From a virus (taxonomy: Duplodnaviria; Caudoviricetes), in the IMG/VR virus record IMGVR_UViG_3300029288_000152, positions 1-64,000 of that record: 64,000 nt of DNA. One strand, written 5' to 3'. Position numbers and translations under genes: made by a program. Below are positions 8,329-16,048 of the stretch, piece after piece. The notes under the pieces are model-generated. The model had not been told where the DNA came from, made no database searches, and saw nothing but the letters and a program-made list of their open reading frames with translations. Position 1 is the stretch's first letter, and each line of letters opens with the position of its first letter.

Positions 8329-9687
8329 ATGTTGCTAAGATGCCTCCAATGCGATCACGTCGGGGAAGTCATGAGTGTCATTCCCGTCCGGAATGGACGG
8401 CTGATCCAGTTGGACTGTGGCCACACATCCACCTATGATGTGGGGATCAATGCCATGCCACGTGAGTATGAATGGGAAGATGAGGAGGAGCCAGACATGG
8501 GGAAGCATGTACCGTGGTTGACCGCGATCTGCCGCAGTTGCGGCTCGAAGTTCATGCCCGTCCCGGATGATGCCCGGCGGGAGTTCTGCCCGATTTGCCG
8601 AGAGGACTTGGGCATCCATACGGGGGAGGATGCGGTGGAGTTCCTGCGCCTGTATGACAAGGGAGCTATTACTGCTGTGACCCAAGCCGAGCGGCGAGCG
8701 TTGAAGGGGAAGGTCGTGCCCATCAAGGCCGCTGAACCTGTCAATCCAGAGGTAGTGGCTGAGGCGGTCAAGCAGCTCATCGATTACCAAGTCGCCCCCT
8801 TCACCGAGTTTGCGAAGCCCATCACGTACGTCATGTACAAGAATGGCCTGTTCGAGGTGCGGCACTCTGACCTCGCGACGGTCTATGTCGAGACCAAGGA
8901 CGTGCTGGGACTGGATACCATCTGTCGCCCCGGCATCCACCTCAACCTGCCCAAGGTGCCGTTGGAGATGCTGAAGCAAACCATCTCCTTCTTTAGAGGA
9001 GTGTGCCAGCGGCAGAATAGCTCATCCGAGGCGTTGGTGCAAATCTGGTGGGACCGGCAAGACAAGCGGCACTTCCTCTACATCCCTGAGCAGCAGGCCA
9101 GTGGAGGGAGTGTCAAGCCGACGAGTTGTTTTGACCAGGATGTGGATGGGCGATGGCTACGGGTGGGGGATATCCATTCCCACGGCACGGCGATGTCTGC
9201 ACACTTCTCTGGGATTGACAATGCTGATGAGGAAAGTATCACGACGGAGCGCATCTTTGGGGTGATTGGCAAGGTCGCGCAACCCATCCCGGAATGGGAC
9301 TGGCGGATGCGCACCCGAGGGGGGTTCATTCCCCTTAATGTGGTGGACATCTTTGACATCCCCACCCAAGACTTCACCTTCACTATCACATCTGAACGGC
9401 TGTTCAAGTCGATCAATGACAAGACGGCGTTCAAGGATGGACAGGTGGTGCTGTCCTGCCCGGTCGATCCCTTCACCGATGTGGAGATTCCTGAGGAATG
9501 GTATGCTCGTGTCAAGGGCTGGACGGCAGGACATGGACAGGGACACTTCTGGGACAAGGATCGCACCCCGGCGATGATGAAGGGGTATGTCTTTATTAAC
9601 GGGGAGGAATACATGGTAGAGGATTACAAGATGACTCCTACCGGCCATCGTCTGGTGAAGAAAGGTGAGGTTACTATCCATGGCTGA
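8329..9687 (+). CDS. JAB/MPN+ metallo-isopeptidase (PRTRC protein A-like) with N-terminal zinc ribbons
   Basis: SEALVQIWW...GDIHSHGTAMSAHFSGIDNADE (E...HxH...S..D); N-terminal CxxC pairs CLQC, CRSC, CPIC. Confidence 0.8.
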   Translation: MLLRCLQCDHVGEVMSVIPVRNGRLIQLDCGHTSTYDVGINAMPREYEWEDEEEPDMGKHVPWLTAICRSCGSKFMPVPDDARREFCPICREDLGIHTGEDAVEFLRLYDKGAITAVTQAERRALKGKVVPIKAAEPVNPEVVAEAVKQLIDYQVAPFTEFAKPITYVMYKNGLFEVRHSDLATVYVETKDVLGLDTICRPGIHLNLPKVPLEMLKQTISFFRGVCQRQNSSSEALVQIWWDRQDKRHFLYIPEQQASGGSVKPTSCFDQDVDGRWLRVGDIHSHGTAMSAHFSGIDNADEESITTERIFGVIGKVAQPIPEWDWRMRTRGGFIPLNVVDIFDIPTQDFTFTITSERLFKSINDKTAFKDGQVVLSCPVDPFTDVEIPEEWYARVKGWTAGHGQGHFWDKDRTPAMMKGYVFINGEEYMVEDYKMTPTGHRLVKKGEVTIHG

Positions 9688-10519
9688 GAGTGAATTGTTA
9701 CCGCTCGTCACATCGCATCACCAAGCCACCCATCCCATTCGCTTTGTCGTGGTGGGGGCAGGAGGCACAGGTGGACGCCTCATCCCCCCTCTCATGCAGG
9801 TGGTGCGGCGTGGAGACTCCGTGGCGATTGTGGATGGGGATCACGTGGAGGATCGCAACCTCGCCCGACAGAACTTCCGGGCACGGGACATTGGCGCGAA
9901 TAAGGCCGAGGTGATGACGCAACGCTATCGGCGGGATGGGATCGCCATGGATGCGTATGCCGCGATGCTAAGTGATGTCTCATGGCGGGAGATCATGGCG
10001 GGGCAGGAGGGGGCACCTCCGGGTGGGGTGATTGTGCTGGGGTGTGTGGACAACGCGCTAGCGCGTCAGACGATGCAGCGGATGACCAATGTCCATGCCT
10101 CCATCTGGATCGATGGCGGCAACGAGACGCGAGGGGGGCAAGTGATTCTCTCGGCGCGGGATTGGCCCTTCACCGTCAAGGATCCTCCCCGACGGGGGCG
10201 GACGACCTGGAAGGAAGCCGCTGGACCCATCAGCATCCGTGGCATGGATGCGATGCCGCAACTCCTGACGGCTCAACCAGATGCGGGGGGTGCGGGCTGT
10301 GCGGATCGGTTGGATCTGCAAACCGTGGCGGTCAATCAGATGAGTGCCACCTGCATGCTCAACGCGCTCACCTGTATCCTCTACAAGGTGCCCTTCTCAT
10401 CCTGTGGGGTGTTCTTCAGCACCCTTAACTCGATGAGTCCGATCAACCTGAAGCGGGTGGATTGGGATACCGCGTCCATCCTACCGGACATGACCTATGC
10501 CAGCCCCAGCACGGCTTAG
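9680..10519 (+). CDS. ThiF/E1-like adenylating enzyme
   Basis: VVVGAGGTGG, DGDHVEDRNLARQNF, IGANKAEV, GCVDNALAR, WIDGGNE, GCADR. Confidence 0.9.
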   Translation: MAESELLPLVTSHHQATHPIRFVVVGAGGTGGRLIPPLMQVVRRGDSVAIVDGDHVEDRNLARQNFRARDIGANKAEVMTQRYRRDGIAMDAYAAMLSDVSWREIMAGQEGAPPGGVIVLGCVDNALARQTMQRMTNVHASIWIDGGNETRGGQVILSARDWPFTVKDPPRRGRTTWKEAAGPISIRGMDAMPQLLTAQPDAGGAGCADRLDLQTVAVNQMSATCMLNALTCILYKVPFSSCGVFFSTLNSMSPINLKRVDWDTASILPDMTYASPSTA

Positions 10520-10733
10520 AACCTTCAGGGTCAAGGATGATCTTCCCCAAGATGCCCGAGTGTGGCAGTTTGGGCCAGGAGCGCGGAACCATCCTCGGGG
10601 AGATTTCTATCTAGGGGGCGCGTATAGCGGGATCTCGTACTTCCGCTCGATTCATGCCTTGAAGGAGACGTGGAAGGATGGCGTGGAGGAAGTCATGCCG
10701 GATCCTGATCTGGAATTGGATGAGGGCATATGA
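10497..10733 (+). CDS. Small protein with DEGI tail (#2)
   Basis: Ends EEVMPDPDLELDEGI*; overlaps the E1 stop by 23 nt. Confidence 0.7.
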   Translation: MPAPARLRTFRVKDDLPQDARVWQFGPGARNHPRGDFYLGGAYSGISYFRSIHALKETWKDGVEEVMPDPDLELDEGI

Positions 10734-10933
10734 TAGAACAAGGACATCCACGAGTCTTTCACTGGGAGGATGAGGAGTGGCAGGTCTGGCCTGATCATAT
10801 CATCTGGTCCAAGATCGGATTGAATCCTCGCCCATCTCGATTTAAGTCATTTGATGCGTTCTGGTACGAGATGGGACACTTGGTTCGAGAAGTGACTGTA
10901 GATCCGGATCTTGAACTCGACGAGGGTATATGA
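10730..10933 (+). CDS. Small protein with DEGI tail (#3)
   Basis: Ends REVTVDPDLELDEGI*; ATGA overlap. Confidence 0.75.
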   Translation: MIEQGHPRVFHWEDEEWQVWPDHIIWSKIGLNPRPSRFKSFDAFWYEMGHLVREVTVDPDLELDEGI

Positions 10934-11142
10934 TACCACGCACCTTCGAGGATCGGCACGGTGGGCGATGGATGTATGGGGATGGGACTCGGAATCCTCA
11001 GGGGGACTACTACTATATGGGGGTGTACCGAGAAGCCGCTGGCCCATCTTTAGCGTACATGCTAGATCACATCCAACGTCCTACTACAGGATTCAGGGAA
11101 GTCACCATCGATCCCGACCTGATGTTAGATGAGGGCGTATGA
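10930..11142 (+). CDS. Small protein with DEGV tail (#4), paralog of #2
   Basis: Ends REVTIDPDLMLDEGV*; shares WxxGxGxRN(H)PxGDxYxG with #2. Confidence 0.75.
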   Translation: MIPRTFEDRHGGRWMYGDGTRNPQGDYYYMGVYREAAGPSLAYMLDHIQRPTTGFREVTIDPDLMLDEGV

Positions 11143-11396
11143 CCAAATACGATGAGGACACGCTCGCTCGTCTCCAGCATCGGGCCATCGAGCTGACGCA
11201 GGCCCGAGGCCATCTCCTGGGGCGATGGGAATCGGCCAAGAAGAAGCATGGGGTGGGGGCCAAGCGGGTCATTTGTACCATCTGTGGGTTGGGCCTGACC
11301 ATCATGCCCAAACATCAGTTTAAGAAGGGACATGTCCCGGCGATGAAGGGGGATGCCTTGTTTGCAGATTGCACAGAGATGACACAGAGGCATTGA
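11139..11396 (+). CDS. Hypothetical protein with CxxC, no DEGI tail
   Basis: ATGA overlap; CTICG. Confidence 0.6.
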   Translation: MTKYDEDTLARLQHRAIELTQARGHLLGRWESAKKKHGVGAKRVICTICGLGLTIMPKHQFKKGHVPAMKGDALFADCTEMTQRH

Positions 11397-11397
11397 A

Positions 11398-11625
11398 ATG
11401 ATTCGATGGTATGTCCGGGGCATCAGTTCGGGATGGGCTGGGGTGGTGGAGTGGCATCCTGACCTCCTGGAGAAGAACTGCTACTACTTCCCTCGCTGGC
11501 CTGATCAGCGGGGTGTGACACGATTCTCGAAATCGGCCAGTGGGGTCCGGGATGCCGTGGAGTGTGGGGCATGGCGAGAGGCTCCAGAAATGTGTCCGGA
11601 CCTGATGTTGGATGCGGGCATATGA
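11398..11625 (+). CDS. Small protein with DAGI tail (#5)
   Basis: Ends WREAPEMCPDLMLDAGI*. Confidence 0.75.
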   Translation: MIRWYVRGISSGWAGVVEWHPDLLEKNCYYFPRWPDQRGVTRFSKSASGVRDAVECGAWREAPEMCPDLMLDAGI

Positions 11626-11834
11626 TTGCCAATCCTCGACTGGGATGGCGGTATTTTCAGTGTCCCTTCCCTGGTCCCTTTAGCCACTGGGCGTGGGATC
11701 CCGTTGATCAGAAGGGCTACTGGCTCAAGACCAGCACGGGCGAGTACTGTCATTCTTATCTCAGCGTAGATAGTTGGCAAAATGATGTCGAGGAGATCAT
11801 CGATCAGGATCTCATGTTGGACGCAGGCATCTAG
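11622..11834 (+). CDS. Small protein with DAGI tail (#6)
   Basis: Ends EEIIDQDLMLDAGI*; ATG at 11622 overlaps the previous stop. Confidence 0.75.
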   Translation: MIANPRLGWRYFQCPFPGPFSHWAWDPVDQKGYWLKTSTGEYCHSYLSVDSWQNDVEEIIDQDLMLDAGI

Positions 11835-11843
11835 GAGGCGATT

Positions 11844-12155
11844 GTGCTACAGACATTCATTCGATCCGAGTGGAAGGAATCCCCCAAGGATGAGGTGGAC
11901 ATCAAGATGCTCACCCAAGCCATGGGTGAGGCCCATATCCGGCGCTACTTCCCCTACAAGGGCACCATGCTGGAGAATTGTCTCGCCTATGGCCTGAAGA
12001 AGGGGGATGCGGTGCCCTATGCCAGAACCCGGCATGAAGTCAATACCTTCCCGATTCAGATCCTCTCCATTGGCTTGCCGAAGGGGGCGAAGTGTGATAG
12101 CACCCCTCATGTCTTTGCCATGAAGAGCAGTGAGATTCAGGTCATGGAAGTGTGA
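11844..12155 (+). CDS. Hypothetical protein
   Basis: AGGAGG SD followed by a GTG start. Confidence 0.6.
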   Translation: MLQTFIRSEWKESPKDEVDIKMLTQAMGEAHIRRYFPYKGTMLENCLAYGLKKGDAVPYARTRHEVNTFPIQILSIGLPKGAKCDSTPHVFAMKSSEIQVMEV

Positions 12156-12156
12156 G

Positions 12157-12393
12157 ATGCCGAACATCCGCTACTTTAAGGCTGGACAGGATGCCTTGTG
12201 GGACGGGGTGATTGAAGCGATCCCGCAACCAGATGGAGAGTATCGTTGCATCCAGTATGGGCACTGGCCGGATCGCTCTCCGGCGTATCTCCCATTTCCG
12301 GCCACAGCATACGAACTAGATGAGGCCGTCAGATCACGGAATTGGCAGGAAGCCATCGTTGATCCGGACTTACTCTTGGATGAGGGCATATGA
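12157..12393 (+). CDS. Small protein with DEGI tail (#7)
   Basis: Ends WQEAIVDPDLLLDEGI*. Confidence 0.75.
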   Translation: MPNIRYFKAGQDALWDGVIEAIPQPDGEYRCIQYGHWPDRSPAYLPFPATAYELDEAVRSRNWQEAIVDPDLLLDEGI

Positions 12394-12602
12394 TCCGCAC
12401 CTTCAGACCGGGACCGGATGCCTACTGGCGTGGGGTACTCACCGTGGATGATGATCCTCATGCTTCACGGTCATACCTACTCGATGGTGAGGTTATTCGC
12501 CATAGCCATAAGTCTCAGACTGAACTCATCCATCACAATGTCAGCACGAACTGGTGGATTGAAATCATTGACAAGGATCTCGAACTGGATGCAGGCATCT
12601 AG
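12390..12602 (+). CDS. Small protein with DAGI tail (#8)
   Basis: Ends WIEIIDKDLELDAGI*; N-terminus IRxFxxGxDAxWxGV shared with #7. Confidence 0.75.
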   Translation: MIRTFRPGPDAYWRGVLTVDDDPHASRSYLLDGEVIRHSHKSQTELIHHNVSTNWWIEIIDKDLELDAGI

Positions 12603-12619
12603 GCACTAGAGGAGTCATC

Positions 12620-12856
12620 ATGCGCTATGACTTTGAAGTCTACGCCGATTACGATGTGGTCTGGCACGGTGGGGAACTGCTCCCCCCTCGGGACAGCGCT
12701 CCCGATCACACCTGGGATACGATTGAGGTACTCCTCCCCCATGACCAAGAAGTCTACATCGTCACGCACCCGAAGCGGCGCTACCGGAAAGTCAACCATC
12801 TCTACTGGGCGAAACGCGCCGACCTCCCCATCCACCCCCACGATGAACCCAACTGA
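12620..12856 (+). CDS. Hypothetical protein
   Basis: GAGGAG SD. Confidence 0.55.
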   Translation: MRYDFEVYADYDVVWHGGELLPPRDSAPDHTWDTIEVLLPHDQEVYIVTHPKRRYRKVNHLYWAKRADLPIHPHDEPN

Positions 12857-13002
12857 GGCACCAATGGGCATGCCCTACGATATCGACGCGCTCACCTGCG
12901 CCGCACGGCAGAAGCTGCGGGCGCTGGGGGTGAACGATTCCTCCTTGAATGTCTACAAGATGTTATCCACGGTCAGAAAGGATCAACTAAGGAGAGCCTG
13001 GT

Positions 13003-13278
13003 ATGAGCAACGACACCCCGACGCCCAATCTGCTGGAATCGCCACCCCCGTTGAAGGAGTTGAGCGTGCTCGACGTGCTGGACCGCATCCAGCGGGCGCT
13101 GGAACTCCTCGCCCACGATCAGGATCGCGTGCATGCCAAGCTGGACAAGATCCTCATGAAGGTGGATGATCTCGATGAGACAGTCGATGACATCCTGCCC
13201 AAGATTGAGGAGATCCAGCAGGGGCTGGAAGACATGGTGTTTGATGATGCCTATCCGGGGAGTGGGGAGGAGGATTGA
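13003..13278 (+). CDS. Hypothetical acidic coiled-coil protein
   Basis: Heptad-like pattern LDKILMKVDDLDETVDDIL. Confidence 0.55.
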   Translation: MSNDTPTPNLLESPPPLKELSVLDVLDRIQRALELLAHDQDRVHAKLDKILMKVDDLDETVDDILPKIEEIQQGLEDMVFDDAYPGSGEED

Positions 13279-13279
13279 G

Positions 13280-13555
13280 ATGAAATGGTTTCCAACACAC
13301 GAACCAGCAAAGCCGGTGGAGCCCCTAACTGCTGAGGAGGTTGCTGCCTGCCATCAATGCGGGCACATAGTTGTGAAGAACCGCATGCAGACCATTCCCC
13401 TCAATCGGAACTATTGGGGGCATCCTACCTACATCTACTTCTGTAACAACTGTCCAGTACATTTCCATGAAATGACCAATGACTATTGCGGTCTTCGGTA
13501 CTGGAAACGGGTAGAGGTGGATAAGTACGGCAAACCGCTTCACCTTGAGGAATGA
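13280..13555 (+). CDS. Hypothetical zinc-ribbon protein
   Basis: CHQCG...CNNC; GGAGG SD. Confidence 0.55.
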   Translation: MKWFPTHEPAKPVEPLTAEEVAACHQCGHIVVKNRMQTIPLNRNYWGHPTYIYFCNNCPVHFHEMTNDYCGLRYWKRVEVDKYGKPLHLEE

Positions 13556-13589
13556 TGTGCGCGTGTCATCGCGCCTCACATGCCTGCCA

Positions 13590-13655
13590 GCAGTTCACGC
13601 CCGCAGAGGCGTGAACTGCGGTGTGTCACGGGTCCCTTTCTTATAGGGGTGACAC
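13590..13655. terminator. Two hairpins between convergent genes (bidirectional terminator or processing site candidate)
   Basis: Perfect 12-bp stem GCAGTTCACGCC (13590-13601) / GGCGTGAACTGC (13608-13619); second stem GTGTCAC (13623-13629) / GTGACAC (13649-13655). Confidence 0.55.
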
Positions 13656-13664
13656 GACATGGCC

Positions 13665-14618
13665 TCATTTCACCCGAACCGCTTGAGCCGGTTGAGGTTC
13701 CGGCTGTGTCACCTTGATTTTGGGTTCAACGGTAGAAATGGCGCGGCGAATCGCGGACATGCAGGCCTCCTCCGACTTATGCACAAGGGGAGCCAGCGCT
13801 CGCGCCTTAGCCCGCATGGAGACCAAGGCAGGATTCGTGAGGATGGTGTGGAGATGCTGTCCCATATCCTCAGGATCCGGCTCCCAGAGGAGCACCCCGT
13901 CAACATCTTGACGGAGGAGTTTGATGTCGCCTTCTTCGATGGATCGCCCCCCATAGTAGAGGCGATTCTTGGTGAGGCGCATAATGGCATCCATGCGATC
14001 CGTGACATAGGATGCGCCCCGGTGGTCGGCCATCAAATTCTTGTCTGTATCCGGCACTGGTTTGCGGCTGTGCGAAATGATGATCAACGCCGCTGGATGG
14101 GTGGCCCCCACGAGATTGACGATGACGTTCTTCATGATCGTGTTGGAATTCTCATCTCCTGAATGGGATTCTCGCAAGGTATCCACAATGACGGCTAGGG
14201 CATGATGGTCGTGGACAAGGCTGTAGAGATGTGACATGTGGGTGGGATCGAGGATATCGAAGGGATACTTCTCTAGGCACTCCCGATCAGCCACTCGGAA
14301 GTGCTCATCTACGAACGGGTAGCCGTGTGCGATGATCTTCTCAAAGCGTGTAGCAAATGTGGATCTGGGGGTGTCGAGTTGTAGATACAGCACAACTCCA
14401 TGTTGGATGACGCCAAATCCCATCCACTCATCCCGTCCACCCGACAGCGCTGCGGCGAGTTGGAGGGCGAGACTCGTCTTGCCCAGCTTGGCGGCACCAT
14501 GAAGGATGGCGACCCCAGATACCGGGAGGAGGGGTTTTACCAGCCAAACTTCTTTGTCTCTAGGGAGTTGCAGGTATTGGGATATGGGTAAGAAGCCTGG
14601 GTGTTGAGATGAGGGCAT
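13665..14618 (-). CDS. RecA-fold AAA ATPase (AAA_25 / RepA-like helicase)
   Basis: Walker A GAAKLGKT, YLQLD, Walker B VIVDTL, IISHSRK. Confidence 0.8.
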   Translation of the reverse strand: MPSSQHPGFLPISQYLQLPRDKEVWLVKPLLPVSGVAILHGAAKLGKTSLALQLAAALSGGRDEWMGFGVIQHGVVLYLQLDTPRSTFATRFEKIIAHGYPFVDEHFRVADRECLEKYPFDILDPTHMSHLYSLVHDHHALAVIVDTLRESHSGDENSNTIMKNVIVNLVGATHPAALIIISHSRKPVPDTDKNLMADHRGASYVTDRMDAIMRLTKNRLYYGGRSIEEGDIKLLRQDVDGVLLWEPDPEDMGQHLHTILTNPALVSMRAKARALAPLVHKSEEACMSAIRRAISTVEPKIKVTQPEPQPAQAVRVK

Positions 14619-14687
14619 GCGTCACCACTGAAAACCTCGTGAGCATTCGGAGTTCGCACAGAGTTTAAGCAAGGTGTGGTTGCGGGC

Positions 14688-14716
14688 ATCATACGCGACC
14701 CGGGCGAGATTGTCAA
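14688..14716 (-). promoter_or_regulatory. Sigma70-type promoter for the AAA ATPase gene
   Basis: TTGACA (14716-14711), 17-nt spacer, TATGAT (14693-14688). Confidence 0.7.
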
Positions 14717-14755
14717 GTCCTGCGTGTGGGGGCCGGATTCGGTTGGAGGCACGGG

Positions 14756-15046
14756 ATGGCATCGAACGTGGTCTACATGGTGCGGGAGCGTGGGGGGCGG
14801 CATGGCCGCAAGGTGTGGCATGAGTATGTTGAGGTGGATCCCACCGCTCGCACGACGTATCGGGTGCAGGCCAAGTTGAAGCCGCGCAAGGTGATGCATC
14901 GGATCTACTGGCGGGGAAGTGCGTCATACGAAGCCCCACATGGGGAGACCAGCGATCAATGGCTGGTGCGGGCGATGGAGAGCATGGCGGACTCGGGCTA
15001 TCAGCCATGGTATCCCAAGTGGATGCAGATAGATGAGGGGATTTGA
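14756..15046 (+). CDS. Small protein with DEGI tail (#9)
   Basis: Ends WMQIDEGI*; GGAGG SD. Confidence 0.7.
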   Translation: MASNVVYMVRERGGRHGRKVWHEYVEVDPTARTTYRVQAKLKPRKVMHRIYWRGSASYEAPHGETSDQWLVRAMESMADSGYQPWYPKWMQIDEGI

Positions 15047-15047
15047 G

Positions 15048-15254
15048 ATGACTGGCAACTTTGGGCTAGAGACCGAGAACAGATGGTGGGTGGCACGGCA
15101 GGAACTTGGCGATGAGTACCATCGATCACTAGAAGCCTTTCTAGCCGAGTTGAGGAACTTGAGGTTCCCCGTCTATACTGTCACAACAGGCATCCATGAT
15201 AGCGTATGTGTAACGCTGGTGGATCCAGACCTGTATCTCGATGAGGGCATTTAG
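15048..15254 (+). CDS. Small protein with DEGI tail (#10)
   Basis: Ends VTLVDPDLYLDEGI*. Confidence 0.75.
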   Translation: MTGNFGLETENRWWVARQELGDEYHRSLEAFLAELRNLRFPVYTVTTGIHDSVCVTLVDPDLYLDEGI

Positions 15255-15263
15255 GAGGATCAG

Positions 15264-15467
15264 ATGAAGACGTACTTCCGCATCTACCACCGAGATGGTA
15301 CGTATCGGATCGCCGCACAGCCATGGTTTTGGCCCTTCTACACATGGATCTCAACCCGTGACTACTCCTCGCTTGAGCGAGCAATTGTGGAGCGTGATGG
15401 CTACCAACGCCGATGCGTGCCTTGGAAGCCGGTGATCGAAGCCGAACCTTTGGATTCAGGCATTTGA
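15264..15467 (+). CDS. Small protein with DSGI tail (#11)
   Basis: Ends IEAEPLDSGI*; AGGAGG SD. Confidence 0.7.
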   Translation: MKTYFRIYHRDGTYRIAAQPWFWPFYTWISTRDYSSLERAIVERDGYQRRCVPWKPVIEAEPLDSGI

Positions 15468-15499
15468 CCTAAACCCGCCCGACCGCGCCCGACCGGGGC

Positions 15500-15528
15500 T
15501 TGACAAAGTGCGGCCAAGCGCGTATGAT
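15500..15528 (+). promoter_or_regulatory. Sigma70-type promoter
   Basis: TTGACA (15500-15505), 17-nt spacer, TATGAT (15523-15528) in an intergenic gap. Confidence 0.75.
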
Positions 15529-15634
15529 GGCCACATTCGCGCCAAAACCCGGTTTCGCGGAGGGGGCATGGATTTACCAGCTATTGTCGGCTTTGTCTTT
15601 CTAACATGGCTTGTGATGGGGTGGAGGAGGAAAG

Positions 15635-15868
15635 ATGACCTTCGATGAACTGCGGACATTGGAGAAGAACTGGGACAGCTACGGTGCCGAACCCATTAAT
15701 CCAGCCTGCATCAAGAGTGCCAAGCTATTCCTTGATCGGATCAACATCGTGCCGTGCTGCGATGGCGGAGTGTCGCTAGAGTGGCATACCCATGGATACG
15801 ATCTGGAACTGTCATTTGTGCCTGATGGCACCACGGCGATGCTGCTAGCTGTTGAGGGGGTGAAGTGA
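15635..15868 (+). CDS. Conserved hypothetical protein (WDSYGA type)
   Basis: LEKNWDSYGAEP...DGGVSLEW; GGAGG SD. Confidence 0.6.
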   Translation: MTFDELRTLEKNWDSYGAEPINPACIKSAKLFLDRINIVPCCDGGVSLEWHTHGYDLELSFVPDGTTAMLLAVEGVK

Positions 15869-16048
15869 GCGCACCAAAAGTTGTCAACACACCAGACGAT
15901 CAATTACTGGCTGACATGTGGAATCGTCTGCAGGATTGCCGAACGAGTTGTGATGCCTGCTATCCAGATGATCCACCTTGGAACTGTATTGAAAGATGCC
16001 TGGATGATCTAGAAGTCTTGCTGCGCAGATGTGGTGTGGGGAGGGACA

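Noticed and set aside
10716-10733. The DEGI tail as only a Shine-Dalgarno artefact (GATGAGGGCATATGA supplies GAGG for the next ATG)
   Set aside because: This may contribute where genes overlap. However, the DAGI and DSGI variants lack GAGG, several downstream genes have their own SD (11844, 12620, 15264), one member is followed by a promoter gap (15467), and the DPDLxL part lies outside the SD window and is synonymously diverged.
14605-14618. GATGAGGGCAT on the + strand resembling another DEGI end
   Set aside because: It is the reverse complement of the AAA gene start (ATGCCCTCATC), and no stop follows the motif in frame.
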